Numbered from the stretch's first letter, positions 18,255 to 29,154 are shown. The stretch: DNA of 43,718 bases from Thermoplasmata archaeon (GCA_021812305.1 JAKAOB010000003.1:1-43718), one strand, 5' to 3'. Numbers and translations: made by a program. Notes: generated from the sequence alone by a model not told the origin.

Positions 18255-19589
18255 TTACTTCGACGGTCGGCGGCGTACGACCAGCGCGTAGCTCACGCCC
18301 ACCGCCACGACGGCCGCCACGACCAGGGCGATCCCCACGTAGAGCCACGGGAAGGCGGACCCGCCCGTCGAGGGGCCGGTGGTGCCGCAGGTGCCCGTGG
18401 TGAGACAGCCGCTCGCCGCCTGCGCGTCGGCGACCGCCATCGGCGCCGCCGCGACCTCGGTGGTGGGCACCCCCGTGCTCGTGGCCGTCGTGCTCGGCGT
18501 CGCGGTCAAGAGGTTCGGGTTGCCCCCCATCTGTTCGCCCATCTCCGGAGCTCCGTCCTCCGTCCCGTAGTAGCTGCTCGCGGCGCGGAGCTGGAACATG
18601 GTGTAGCTCCCGCTGAACTGCACGGCCAGACGGTGGGTCGCAAGGTGGGCAAAGCCGAACGCCTCTCCGTCCCACGGCGCCCCCGACAGGTCGAAGAACC
18701 CGCCGCCGTGCGGCAGGAAGATCACGCCGTCCAGCACGTCGAGCTCGCTGCTGAACTCCAGGGTCACCGCGGGCAGGACCGTCCCGCCGGGGAGGGTCAT
18801 CGTGCCGACGACCGTGCCGTCGACCGAGACGTTCCCCGTGACGTTGAGGCCGCCCAAAGGACTGCCCGCGTCGCTCGTGGTCGTCCCGCTCGCATCGGTC
18901 TTGGAGTAGCTCCACGTGACGGCCCAGGTGCCTCCCCCGGTGTAGGCGCTGGTGGCGTTCCAGCGGTCCCCCACATTGAGAGCAGTCGGGATCAGGCCGA
19001 GGGCGGGGGTGAAGGCGAGATGGGCCGCGGCGGCACCGGTCGCGTTGTACGACTCGGTCACGTGCCGGGTCCCCTGCGGGGTCACCACGGTGACGTTCGC
19101 CGTGGACCCGACGGCCCCGCTCGCCGACGCGGAGGTGTTGAGGACTCCGATCGCCGACACGGCGGTGCCGTCCTCGTAGACGACGGCGTCCCGGGTCAGA
19201 TTGAGGAACCCGACGGCGTGCTCGTACGCGGAGTGGCTCAGCAGGACCTCGACCGTGGGCGAGGTGCAGTCGGGGGAGCAGTACGTCGACGTGAAGGTGG
19301 ACGCGACGGTCCGCTCCACGCTGAGCTGCGTCACGGAGGCGGAGACGTTCGTCCGTTCAAAGATCGTGTACCAGGACATCTCGGCCTGGATGACATGCAC
19401 CCCGTTCGGGGTCGAGACGCTCAGGTTGAACCAGCGCTGCGCGCCGTACGCCCAGGAATCGGAGGGCACGACGGCGGCCGCCGAAGCGCTTTCGGCCGGG
19501 GCAACGATCAGCGAGGGTCCGAGGAACCCGACCATGAGCGCGATCGTGACGACGATCGCGGCCGGGCCGGTCGATGGGGGTGCCAGCAT
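18255..19589 (-). CDS. Secreted, C-terminally anchored surface protein
   Basis: Signal peptide, Ser/Thr-rich beta body with N-x-S/T sites, and a C-terminal TM followed by RRRPSK. Confidence 0.8.
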   Translation of the reverse strand: MLAPPSTGPAAIVVTIALMVGFLGPSLIVAPAESASAAAVVPSDSWAYGAQRWFNLSVSTPNGVHVIQAEMSWYTIFERTNVSASVTQLSVERTVASTFTSTYCSPDCTSPTVEVLLSHSAYEHAVGFLNLTRDAVVYEDGTAVSAIGVLNTSASASGAVGSTANVTVVTPQGTRHVTESYNATGAAAAHLAFTPALGLIPTALNVGDRWNATSAYTGGGTWAVTWSYSKTDASGTTTSDAGSPLGGLNVTGNVSVDGTVVGTMTLPGGTVLPAVTLEFSSELDVLDGVIFLPHGGGFFDLSGAPWDGEAFGFAHLATHRLAVQFSGSYTMFQLRAASSYYGTEDGAPEMGEQMGGNPNLLTATPSTTATSTGVPTTEVAAAPMAVADAQAASGCLTTGTCGTTGPSTGGSAFPWLYVGIALVVAAVVAVGVSYALVVRRRPSK

Positions 19590-19730
19590 CTTATGTCACC
19601 ACGTGGCCCATTCCCACCGGAGATTTAGGGCGAAAGTTCAGGGGAGTTGACCCCACCGGCCGGGAGCAGGGCTCGGCCGTGCACCCGATCCCCGCCGGAG
19701 CCTGCGCCGACGCTGGCCGCTCACCCCGCT

Positions 19731-22700
19731 CTACCGCCCGGGGGGCGAAGGCGTCGGGGGGCGAAGGCGTCGGCTGGCGAGGTACGCGAGCGCGCCGGCC
19801 GTTGCGGCGCCGGCGAGCACGGCCGTCCCGAGGAGCGCGAGGGTCCCCAGCGCGGGGACGACCGGCGAGCTCCCGGTCGTCCGAGGGACGAACGCGACCG
19901 GCACGACCACCCCCGCGCCCGAGACGGTGAGGGTCCCATGGTCCGGTTGCGGCACGACGCCCGCGGCCACGACCTCGAACGGGTACGTCCCGTTGGGGAG
20001 CCAGGTCCGGACGGCCGTCGTCGTCCCTGCCGTCGCCTGCCCGTCGATCACCACGGTCCAGGGACCGCCGGGGGGCCTCCCCGAGGCAAGGAAGGTGACG
20101 AGATAGAGCGGGAGATGGAACGCCACCACGACCGTCGCGAGCGCCCCGTCGATCGTGACGGTGCCCCCCGAGGGGTCCGCACGATACCCCGCCGGCGGAA
20201 CCACCGCGTAGGAGTAGGTGCCGTTGGCGAACGAGGCGCTCCACGCGACGCCGGTGACCGGGTGCGCCACCCCGTCGACGACCACCGCCCAGGATGCGGC
20301 GGTCGGGAGGCCGTCGCCGAGGAACGTCAGGGGGTACACGGCCGTGACGAACTCAACGTGCACCGAGACGGGCGAGCCGGAGACCCGAAGGACTCCGTGG
20401 TCCGGCACCGGGACAAGCCCCGCCGGGCCATCGACCGCAAAGGAGTAGGTTCCGTTCGCAAGATCGAAGGCGAGGGCGGTCTCGGTGGTCGTCTCGCGCG
20501 TCGAGCCCACGGAGACGGTCCAGAAGGTCGCCGGCGGACGACCCGAGGCGGTAAACTCGATCGGGAAGAGGAACGGGGCGAACGCGACGGGGACGCTCAC
20601 GTTCCCGCCGGCGACAACGATCGTTCCGGCGAACGGCTGGGGCCGGTACCCGGGGACGGAGGGTACCGAGAACTCGTAGCTGCCGTTGGTGACGGCGGCC
20701 GAGAGCGAGGCGGTCGTCCCGCGGAGGGCCACCGTTCCCAGCCGGACGCTCCAGGAGGCCCCGGTCGGAAGCCCGCTCTCCACGAACGCGACCCCGTATT
20801 GGGGGGCCGAGGGCGAGAACCAGAGATAGGTGGTCAGGCTCTGGTGGCAAAGCTGGCCATGACCCGTCCCGTTCGGAGAGTGGTAGCCGGTCGGAGCGAT
20901 CGCCTGGTAGGCGTAGGGGGTGTAGGCCCCGTTGGTCTCGGGCACCGCGAGAGAGGCGGCGGTGGTGAGGTAGCGGCTCCCGTTGAAGTCCACGCCCCAG
21001 CTTACGCCCGGGGGTAACCCCCGCGCGACGAACGTCATCAATGTGAAGGTCCACGGCGCGGCGAGGGGGTAGCGGTCGATCGGGGATCCGCCGGGTCCCA
21101 GCGGGGCGTCCACGATGCCGTCCGGGCCGGACAGGTTCTGGCCGGCCCCACCGTACGCGTCGGGCCCGGTCCAGTTGCTCCAGTAGTTGCCGCCGAGCGG
21201 GTAGCCCCCGTCCCACGGGGAGGCCGCTGCGCCCGGGGCGCCTTCACGGAGAAAACCGCCGTCGGCGACGAAGTTGTTGTGGTAGACGGCATCGCCGGAG
21301 CCGGCCGGAAGGAGGAAGGAAACGGCGTTGGCGAAGAGGTCGTTCGAGGTCCAGGCGGTCGCCGTCGAGTTCCGGGCGGAGAACCCGATCGCGTTGGCCG
21401 AGGCATTATTGTCGGCCAGGACGCCGGCGACCCCGGCGATGAGCTCGATCCCCACGCCGGAGTCGAAGACCCGGTTCGACGTGGCGGTCAGGTTGACGAG
21501 ACCCTCCAGGCGGATGGCCGTCCCCGGCGTTCGCCCGACCCAGTTGCCGGTGACCTGGACCTCGCTCCCGTCGGAGATCTCGATCCCCGGGCCGGCCGTA
21601 CCCACGGCGTAGTTGCCGGCCAGTGTGAGGTCAAGGCACTCGACGGCGCGCAGGCCCGTGCCGGCCGAGGCGTTGACGCTGTTCGCGGAAAGGAGGGTGG
21701 TGATCCCCTGACCGATGTCGATCGCCGCCGAACCTGCCGGCGCGCCGAGGACCTCGCTCGTGCGGATCTGGAGCTCCCGGTCGTTGTGGGTCACGATCCC
21801 CGAGGCGATCGGATAGGAGAGATTGCTGTCGACGACCCACAGACGGTTCGACAGGGTATCGGCGAGGGCCGTGTAGTCGCCGACGGCGTGGTTGCGGTAG
21901 AAGTCGAGTCGGCCGTTCTCCCGGAAGAGAAAGCCGAAGGCCCCGACCGCGCGGATCCCATCGGCGACGTTGTCCGTCACCTGGAGGTTGTGCGACGCCG
22001 AGACGGCGAACCCGACCCGATCGGCCCCGGAGACGTTGTTGCCGGTGAGCGTCCCGTGCGTGCCGAACGCCACCGCGATCCCGGTGCCCTCGGAGCCGGT
22101 CAGGTCATTGTCGGTGAACGCGAACTCCATGAGCTGGTCTCCCCGGATCGCCACCGAGGAGCTCCCGGCCCCGCCGGCCGACCGGAAGTCGCCGCCCGTC
22201 ACGGTGACGTACTCGTCGGACCGCAGGTCGACCGCGGTGCCGGCGCCTTCGGCGCGGTCGCCGCTCAGCAGGACCTGACCGGAGCCATAGATCGCGAAGC
22301 CCACGGACGTCGCGTCGGCGCGGCTGGCCGTGATGGTGACGCCGGTGGAGCCGGAGACGTTGAGCCCGAGGGCGCTGGAACGGGTGGGGGCGGACAGGTC
22401 GCAGCGGTCGATGGAGAGGTCGGTGGCCCCGATCACCCGGACGGCCCCCAGCCCGGCCCCGCGAAGGTCGCTCTGCCCGATCTCGAGGCCGACCACCGAC
22501 GCGGCGTCGACCGCCCACGTGGCCGCTTCGACCCGGGCCCCCGCAACCGACACGGCGTGGGCGCGGTCGACAGCAAGGCCGACCTCCGCGCCGCTCACCG
22601 TCAGGTTCGCGAGGGCGACCGGCCCCGAGTTCGAGATCGCCACTCCGGTCGCCGCGCCCTCGGCCCGGGCGAAGGATACCGTGGCGTTGACCGCACCGAG

Positions 22701-23255
22701 GAGCCGGATCCCCACCGCCCCTCCCGCCGTGACCACGTTTCGGACGATGACGTCCGATGCGTTGAGCACCTCCACCGCGAACGGGCTCGCCGCGGGGGGA
22801 GCGATGGAGAAGTGGCCGCCGTCGAAGCGACTGCCGTTGCGCTCATCCCGAAGGGAGACGTGGAGCGGGCCGGTCAGGGTGTACGTGGATCCTTCGATGG
22901 AGATCGGCGCGGCCGGGTCGCTCAGCGACCCGTTGGCATAGATCGTGAGCCCGCCGTACGCGGTCGTCCCTGCCGGGATCGCCGCGGCCCACCCCGCCCC
23001 GGAGCCGAGGGGGGGTGACGTCTCGCTCAGCGGCGACGAGCCGAACGAGGCAGCGATCAGGAGTCCGCCGGGCAGCACCAGGAGCCCGGCGACCCAGAGG
23101 ACCCACGCCGCGTTCGTCGCTGGGCGGCATCGGTCCCTCGGTGCGCGCGAGGGCGCGGGACGGCGTGCCGAGGGCGGACGTGCCGCTCGGGCGGGCCCGA
23201 AGGTCCCCGGTGAGTCCGGAAGTGCGCTCGGTCCACGGGCCGCGCGTGACGTCAA
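19731..23255 (-). CDS. Surface protein: NosD-like parallel beta-helix plus thermopsin-type C-terminal repeats
   Basis: Beta-helix repeats, YHNNF and WDGGYPLGGNYWS; five F-x-x-x-G-[LR]-P...W-x-V repeats; C-terminal TM. Exact start uncertain. Confidence 0.85.
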   Translation of the reverse strand: MTSRAARGPSALPDSPGTFGPARAARPPSARRPAPSRAPRDRCRPATNAAWVLWVAGLLVLPGGLLIAASFGSSPLSETSPPLGSGAGWAAAIPAGTTAYGGLTIYANGSLSDPAAPISIEGSTYTLTGPLHVSLRDERNGSRFDGGHFSIAPPAASPFAVEVLNASDVIVRNVVTAGGAVGIRLLGAVNATVSFARAEGAATGVAISNSGPVALANLTVSGAEVGLAVDRAHAVSVAGARVEAATWAVDAASVVGLEIGQSDLRGAGLGAVRVIGATDLSIDRCDLSAPTRSSALGLNVSGSTGVTITASRADATSVGFAIYGSGQVLLSGDRAEGAGTAVDLRSDEYVTVTGGDFRSAGGAGSSSVAIRGDQLMEFAFTDNDLTGSEGTGIAVAFGTHGTLTGNNVSGADRVGFAVSASHNLQVTDNVADGIRAVGAFGFLFRENGRLDFYRNHAVGDYTALADTLSNRLWVVDSNLSYPIASGIVTHNDRELQIRTSEVLGAPAGSAAIDIGQGITTLLSANSVNASAGTGLRAVECLDLTLAGNYAVGTAGPGIEISDGSEVQVTGNWVGRTPGTAIRLEGLVNLTATSNRVFDSGVGIELIAGVAGVLADNNASANAIGFSARNSTATAWTSNDLFANAVSFLLPAGSGDAVYHNNFVADGGFLREGAPGAAASPWDGGYPLGGNYWSNWTGPDAYGGAGQNLSGPDGIVDAPLGPGGSPIDRYPLAAPWTFTLMTFVARGLPPGVSWGVDFNGSRYLTTAASLAVPETNGAYTPYAYQAIAPTGYHSPNGTGHGQLCHQSLTTYLWFSPSAPQYGVAFVESGLPTGASWSVRLGTVALRGTTASLSAAVTNGSYEFSVPSVPGYRPQPFAGTIVVAGGNVSVPVAFAPFLFPIEFTASGRPPATFWTVSVGSTRETTTETALAFDLANGTYSFAVDGPAGLVPVPDHGVLRVSGSPVSVHVEFVTAVYPLTFLGDGLPTAASWAVVVDGVAHPVTGVAWSASFANGTYSYAVVPPAGYRADPSGGTVTIDGALATVVVAFHLPLYLVTFLASGRPPGGPWTVVIDGQATAGTTTAVRTWLPNGTYPFEVVAAGVVPQPDHGTLTVSGAGVVVPVAFVPRTTGSSPVVPALGTLALLGTAVLAGAATAGALAYLASRRLRPPTPSPPGR

Positions 23256-23447
23256 CTCTCCCCCCGCCTGCGGCCCCTGCCCGGAGGCCGCGGGTCGCAG
23301 AGGCTCCTCGAACAGAAACGGAGGGGGTCAAGGTCGCTTGACGCGACCGCCCGGCCGGGCCCGCGGGAGCGCGGCCTTCGGCGCGGCGACGATGCGTCAC
23401 CCCTGCTTCACTTGAACTTCTTGCTCCCGGTGTTCGTTCGTCCTCCC

Positions 23448-26400
23448 ATGCCGCCGAGCCATCTGTCGAGCGTACGCTCCGCCTTTTCCCGAACGGCCCG
23501 TGGGAGCTTTCCGTGGGTCCTCGCCGTCCTCTTCGCCCTGCCCCTCGGAGGGCTGCTTCCCGGAGTCGGCCCGGCGACCGTGTCGCCCACCTGGGCGGAC
23601 GGGACCGCCGAAGCCTCCTCCGCGATCGATGCCGCGCCGCCCTCCTCGGCCGATGGGGGGCTCTCCAACGTAGCGTCGGTGAGCGCCGATCCGGCCGTGC
23701 CGGTCCTACCGGCGCGCGGGGGTCCGGGGGGCGGCGGAGGGGGCCATGGCAACGAGACCGCGACCAACGGGACGTGGGTGTCCGTGACGCAGGCCCGCTG
23801 CTGCGGGGGATTCACCTACGATCCGATCATCGGACAAACGGTCCTCTTCGGTGGTGGCGCCGCCGAGGCGCTCGGAGACACCTGGGAGTACCGTGCCGGC
23901 ACGTGGACCCGCGTCCTGATCTCCTCCAGCCTGAGCGTGCACAACAACATCGCCATGACCTACGACCCGCAGGACGGCTACGTCCTTCTCTTCGGCGGGA
24001 TCCGCGGCAACCACTACCTGGCCGAAACCTGGGCGTTCCAGTACGGCGCGTGGACCCTGCTGAGCCCGTCGAACGCCCCGGCGGCGCGCCTCGGGGCCAC
24101 GATGGTCTACGACGCCGCCGCCCGCTCGGTCATCCTCTTCGGCGGGTACGATGGCTCGACCTACTACAACGACACCTGGCGCTACGCCGGCGGCGTGTGG
24201 ACGCCGCTCACGCTTCCGGTCTCGCCGTCCCCTCGGGACAACGCCTCGATGGCCTACGACCCGGTCCAGGGCGCCGTGATCCTCTTCGGTGGCCGCGCGA
24301 GCACGGGGATCCTCGGGGACACCTGGGCCTTCTCGGACGGTGCGTGGGCTCCGCTCGCGCCGACCGCCAACGGAAGCCCGTCGGCCCGGGAGCTCGGCGC
24401 CATGGCCTGGGACGACGGCAGCCAGTCCGTGGTGCTGATGGGCGGGCGCACCCCGACGGGGGTCCTCGGCGATATGTGGACCCTCGCACGCGGCGCCTGG
24501 GCCCCCGGCCCCTCGGGCCCGTCGGCCCGTGCGGGCGCCATGATGACGTACGATGGCGCGGACCGTTACCTCCTCCTCTTCGGCGGGACCACCGGCGGCG
24601 GGGTGCTGGCCGACAGCTGGACCTTCGTCGACGGGGTCTGGACCCGGATCGGTGCGGGCGGCGCGCCGGTCGGGCGCACCGGGGCGAGCCTCGCGATCGA
24701 TCCGCCGACCGGCGATGCGATCCTCTTCGGTGGGTGGGACGGGGCGAGATACCTCGGGGACACCTGGAGCTACTCCGGTGGGAACTGGACCCTCCTGTGC
24801 TCCACGGGCTGCGGGCCCGTGCCGCGGAGCGACGCGGGGTTCACGTACGTCGTGTCGAACTCCACCACCGGGGCGGGCTATCTGCTCCTCTACGGCGGCT
24901 TCAACGGGGCCTTCCTCAACGACACGTGGGCCTTCCGGGCCGGCCAGTGGTCCTCGATCAATGCCACCGGCGCGCCGTCGCCGCGCATGGGGATGGTCCT
25001 CGCCTCCGACGGCGCAGGACCCGTCGCCTTCCTCTACGGCGGGCTCGGTCCCTCCGGCTATCTCGCCGACACCTGGTCGTTCAACGCGACCGACGGGATG
25101 TGGTCCGCGGTATCGAACGCGGGAGGCGGGGGCCCGTACACCCCGGACGCCCGTGCGTTCGCGTCGACGGTCTACGATCCGACGACCGACGCGATCCTCC
25201 TCTTCGGCGGGCGCGACTCGGCAGGATATCTCGGCGACACTTGGGAGATCGACCTTCCCGGCGCCGAGGGCGGGGCGACCTGGAGCGACCCGGTCGTATC
25301 GACCTCGACCCCGCCGGCCCGGGCCAACGCGACCCTCGCGTGGGACGACGACGCCCCGTTCTCCAATGCGCTGCTTCTCGGGGGGACGAGCGGCACCACC
25401 GCGGGCACGGACGTCCTGGACGACATCTGGGTCTTCGCCGCCGGCACCTGGACCCACGTACCGACCCCCCCGGCCGGGGGCATGGGAGGGGAGGAGGCCA
25501 GCTCCCCGGCGCCTCGCACCGGCGCGAGCGCCGTGTACTCGCCGTCGGACGGCTACCTGCTGTTCTTCAGCGGCTTCAACGGCACGGCGATCACGGCCGA
25601 CACCTGGCTCTGGGTGATCTTCCTCGCGCAGCCGGTCGCGAGCCTTGCCCCGGCCGACGCGGGGGTCCCGGTCCTGTTCCACGCCGCGCTGTTCGGCGGC
25701 GTCCAGCCGTACACGTACTATTGGGCGTTCGGTGACGGGGCGACCAGCACCGCCCCCACCCCCAGCCACGCGTTCGCCGCGACGGCCCCGACCCTCTACG
25801 ACGTGTACGTCGTGGTCAACGACTCGGCGGGCAACTCGAGCGCGATGGAGGTTCCGATCGTCGTCCACCCGGGGCTCTCCGCCGTCGCCACCCTCAGCGC
25901 ATCGACCGTCGATGCCGGCGTAGCGGTGACCTTCAGCGCCGAGGTGAGCGGCGGAGCCCCACCCGTCCGCACGACCTGGGGGTTCGGCGACGGAAGCCGT
26001 GGGTTCTCCGCCCGCCTCACCCACGTCTACGCCGTGCCCGGAGACTACTCGATCCGGCTTTGGACGAACAGTTCGGGCGGCGGTGCGCTGGCCCAGACGC
26101 TGGCGCTGACCGTCGTTCCCCGCCCGACCGTGTCGGTCGCGACCTCCCTCGTCGAGACCGATGTCGGTGTGCCCGTTTCGTTCACCGCGACGGTCGCCGA
26201 CGGTGTGGCGCCGCACGCCTTCACCTGGTCGTTCGGCGACGGAGGCACATCGGCCGAGGCGCTCCCCAGCCACGCGTACGCCACGCCGGGGACCTACACC
26301 GTCGACGTGGAGATCACCGACGTGTTCGCTGCGAACGCGAGCGCGATGACGACCGTCCTCGTGAACCCTCGCCCCGCGATCTCCGCGGTCGCGGCGGCCC

Positions 26401-27017
26401 CCGCCATCACCGATGTCGGCTACCCGGTCAGGCTCGAGGCGTCCGGCGCCGGGGGAACCGGAGGGCTGGCCTGGACGTGGACCTTCGGGGACGGGGCGGC
26501 CGCGGCCGGCGCGGCGCCGTCCCACACGTACGCGACGGCCGGATCGTTCCTCGCGCAGGTCTGGGCCAACGATTCGCTGGGCGTCGTTGCCTACGCGAAC
26601 CTCTCGGTCCTGGTCGTCCCCCTGCCGCGGATCACGTCGTTCTCAGCGGACCCCGCGTCGATCCACCTCGGGGAACCGGCGACGCTCTCGGCGGCGGTCG
26701 CGGGGGGCGTCGGCCCCTACACCTACCTCCTGAGCGGGTTGCCCCCGGGCTGCTTGTCGGAGAACACCGACACCGTGTCGTGCCTGCCGAACGCGACCGG
26801 GACGTTCACGGTGACGATGTACGTCTCCGACACGCTCGGGGCGCAGGACTCGGCGGTCCTCACCCTGACCGTCCAGCCCGTGACCACGGAGCCGACCGTC
26901 CTCGGGATGCCGCCGACCTGGGGCTACGTCCTGCTCGGGTTGATCGTGGGGTTCGTGGCACTGGACGTGGTACTCCTCTACACCGTCGTGCGCGGACGCC
27001 GCCGCGGAGGTGCCTGA
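23448..27017 (+). CDS. Surface protein with Kelch beta-propeller repeats and PKD domains
   Basis: About 12 [LM][FY]GG...DTW-type repeats and four W-x-FGDG PKD motifs; C-terminal TM followed by RGRRR. TTG 23412 is an alternative start. Confidence 0.9.
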   Translation: MPPSHLSSVRSAFSRTARGSFPWVLAVLFALPLGGLLPGVGPATVSPTWADGTAEASSAIDAAPPSSADGGLSNVASVSADPAVPVLPARGGPGGGGGGHGNETATNGTWVSVTQARCCGGFTYDPIIGQTVLFGGGAAEALGDTWEYRAGTWTRVLISSSLSVHNNIAMTYDPQDGYVLLFGGIRGNHYLAETWAFQYGAWTLLSPSNAPAARLGATMVYDAAARSVILFGGYDGSTYYNDTWRYAGGVWTPLTLPVSPSPRDNASMAYDPVQGAVILFGGRASTGILGDTWAFSDGAWAPLAPTANGSPSARELGAMAWDDGSQSVVLMGGRTPTGVLGDMWTLARGAWAPGPSGPSARAGAMMTYDGADRYLLLFGGTTGGGVLADSWTFVDGVWTRIGAGGAPVGRTGASLAIDPPTGDAILFGGWDGARYLGDTWSYSGGNWTLLCSTGCGPVPRSDAGFTYVVSNSTTGAGYLLLYGGFNGAFLNDTWAFRAGQWSSINATGAPSPRMGMVLASDGAGPVAFLYGGLGPSGYLADTWSFNATDGMWSAVSNAGGGGPYTPDARAFASTVYDPTTDAILLFGGRDSAGYLGDTWEIDLPGAEGGATWSDPVVSTSTPPARANATLAWDDDAPFSNALLLGGTSGTTAGTDVLDDIWVFAAGTWTHVPTPPAGGMGGEEASSPAPRTGASAVYSPSDGYLLFFSGFNGTAITADTWLWVIFLAQPVASLAPADAGVPVLFHAALFGGVQPYTYYWAFGDGATSTAPTPSHAFAATAPTLYDVYVVVNDSAGNSSAMEVPIVVHPGLSAVATLSASTVDAGVAVTFSAEVSGGAPPVRTTWGFGDGSRGFSARLTHVYAVPGDYSIRLWTNSSGGGALAQTLALTVVPRPTVSVATSLVETDVGVPVSFTATVADGVAPHAFTWSFGDGGTSAEALPSHAYATPGTYTVDVEITDVFAANASAMTTVLVNPRPAISAVAAAPAITDVGYPVRLEASGAGGTGGLAWTWTFGDGAAAAGAAPSHTYATAGSFLAQVWANDSLGVVAYANLSVLVVPLPRITSFSADPASIHLGEPATLSAAVAGGVGPYTYLLSGLPPGCLSENTDTVSCLPNATGTFTVTMYVSDTLGAQDSAVLTLTVQPVTTEPTVLGMPPTWGYVLLGLIVGFVALDVVLLYTVVRGRRRGGA

Positions 27018-27129
27018 ACGGGACGGCCGACCCTTCTGCCCCGGCCCAACCGTTTCCGCCGCTACGGGGCGGCCGACCGGGCGGACCGGCGGGGCCGGCC
27101 GGTCCGCGCAAGCGCCGTCGATCTCGGGG

Positions 27130-27867
27130 CTATTTTACCCCGGGCCGCCGGCCGATGTAGAGCCCGCGGTCCCGGTGCCGCCCGGTGAGCACGGCATCGG
27201 CCCGGAAACCGGCGCGTCGGAACGAGCCCAGGACCTCCGCGGGCCGCAGGAGGCGGTTCTCGTGGCGTTCGAGGTAGGTGCGCACGGGGCGCCCGGGGAC
27301 GCCGACGAGGTAGCGCATCTCGATGATCGAGCGCTCCCCTTGACGCCGCGACTCGCTCAGGCGAGCGATCCTCACCTCCGTCCCGTCGTAGGTGAGGAGC
27401 GACACATGGCGTCCCTTCCACCGGTCGGGAAGGATCCAGCCCTCGACCATCGCGACCCCGCCCGGTACGAGATGGGCGAACATCCGGGCCATCGCCCGGT
27501 CGCGGTCGCGACGCGTCGACAGGTAGCCGAAGGCGCCGAAGAGGCAGACGACCGTTTCGAAGGTGCGGCCGAGGTCGAAGCTGCGAAGGTCGCCGCGGAC
27601 GAGCGGGACCCCGCGCCCGAGGGTCCGCCGCGCGACCCGGAGCATCTCGGGACTGAGGTCGACCCCCGCCAGGTCCGGAACGCTCCGGCGGAACTCCGAG
27701 AGGTGCCGTCCGGTCCCACACGCCACGTCGAGGAGCGAGCGGGAGCGGTGGCCCAGGCGGCCCCGGGCCCGGACCAGGATCTCCCGCGCCTCCGCCGCGT
27801 AGTCCTTGCCACCGTAGAGCCGGTCGTAGTAAGGAGCGAGCTCGCGGTAGAGGGCGTGGCCGACCAC
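27130..27867 (-). CDS. Class I SAM-dependent methyltransferase
   Basis: Motifs LLDVACGTG, GVDLSPEML, GDLRSFDL and HLVPGG. Confidence 0.9.
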   Translation of the reverse strand: MVGHALYRELAPYYDRLYGGKDYAAEAREILVRARGRLGHRSRSLLDVACGTGRHLSEFRRSVPDLAGVDLSPEMLRVARRTLGRGVPLVRGDLRSFDLGRTFETVVCLFGAFGYLSTRRDRDRAMARMFAHLVPGGVAMVEGWILPDRWKGRHVSLLTYDGTEVRIARLSESRRQGERSIIEMRYLVGVPGRPVRTYLERHENRLLRPAEVLGSFRRAGFRADAVLTGRHRDRGLYIGRRPGVK

Positions 27868-27939
27868 GCCCTCCGATAGGGCCGGCCCGCGATAAGGCCG
27901 ACCGCTCGGCGGCCGGGAGGAGCGCGCCCGCCGACCCGG

Positions 27940-29085
27940 TTAGGTCAGCACGTGGATGTTCTTCCGGGCCGAGATCTCGGTGAGAATCTTCGGCCAGACG
28001 GAGACCGTCACCTCGCCGAGATGCGCCTTTCGCAGCAGGAGCATCTGGGTCCGCGACTGCCCGATCCCGCCGCCGATGCTCAACGGAAGCTCACTGTGGA
28101 GGATCGCCCGGTGGTACCCGTAGTTGAGGAGCTCCAGCTGACCGGCCATCGCGAGCTGGCGGCGCAGGCTTCCCGCGTCGACCCGGATCCCGCCGGACAT
28201 GAGCTCGTGGCGCCGGCGGGTCACGGGATCCCAGACCAGGATGTCCCCATTGAGCCCGTGCATCGGGCGCCCGTCCTCCGATCGGGTTTCCGTCGCCCAG
28301 TCGTCGTAGTCCGCGGCCCGCATCTCGTGCGGCAGCCCGTCGGCCAGCGGCCAGCCGATGCCGAGGATGAACACCGCCGGGTGCTTCTGCAGGAGCGCGG
28401 TCTCGCGCTGCTTGCGGGGAAGGTCGGGGTACTCGGCGAGGAGGTCCTCGGCGTGGACGAAGTGGATCTCCTTCGGCAGGGGGGGATAGCCCGGCTCGGC
28501 GAGCGCCGGGAAGCGCTGCTCGATGTACCGCTGGGCGTCGACGAGGACGGACCAGATCGAGCGGACCGTCGCGCGGAGGTAGTCGAGCGTCCGGTCCTCC
28601 GCGGCGATCGTCTTCTCCCAGTCCCACTGGTCGACGTAGGCGCTGTGGTCGTGGTCGAGGAAGTAGTCCTTCCGGACCGCGCGCATGTCCGTGAGCAGCC
28701 CCTCGCCCCGGGCCATGCCGAACTCCTGGAGGGCGGTCCGCTTCCACTTCGTCGCCGCCTGGACGACCTGGGCCGTCACCGGGTGGCGATCGTGATCGTT
28801 CGAGATGTGGAACTGGACCGGCGTGCGGGAACCGTCCCGGTCGAGGAGGTCGTTGATCCCGCTCTCGGCGGGGACGATCAGCGGCACCGTCACCATCGAG
28901 AGGCCGAGCGCTTGACAGAGGCGCTCTTCGATGTGCTCCTTGAGGTCAAAGATGGCCGCCTGGGTCTCGCGGGGCGTGAGCAGCGGGCGGTAGTCCGAGG
29001 GGAGGCTGCGTTCGACCTCCTCGTAGGTCCCGATCCCCGGGCCCGCGAGGTCGGCGATCTTCTGGGCGCGTTCGGCGGTCGCCAT
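27940..29085 (-). CDS. asnA: Aspartate-ammonia ligase (asparagine synthetase A)
   Basis: Motifs KWKR, GLLTDMRAVR, HSAYVDQWDWEK, RAADYDDW, LNGDILVW and SIGGGIGQSR. Confidence 0.92.
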   Translation of the reverse strand: MATAERAQKIADLAGPGIGTYEEVERSLPSDYRPLLTPRETQAAIFDLKEHIEERLCQALGLSMVTVPLIVPAESGINDLLDRDGSRTPVQFHISNDHDRHPVTAQVVQAATKWKRTALQEFGMARGEGLLTDMRAVRKDYFLDHDHSAYVDQWDWEKTIAAEDRTLDYLRATVRSIWSVLVDAQRYIEQRFPALAEPGYPPLPKEIHFVHAEDLLAEYPDLPRKQRETALLQKHPAVFILGIGWPLADGLPHEMRAADYDDWATETRSEDGRPMHGLNGDILVWDPVTRRRHELMSGGIRVDAGSLRRQLAMAGQLELLNYGYHRAILHSELPLSIGGGIGQSRTQMLLLRKAHLGEVTVSVWPKILTEISARKNIHVLT

Positions 29086-29154
29086 GGTGCCCGGCGATCC
29101 CGATCGGGGCGCGATAAGCGCCCCGTCAACTCCTGTGGACCCCGGCGGCCCACC

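Noticed and set aside
19741-19773. 16-bp tandem duplication (GGGGGCGAAGGCGTCG) at the end of the beta-helix gene
   Set aside because: It is real but only alters the last few cytoplasmic residues; probably replication slippage.
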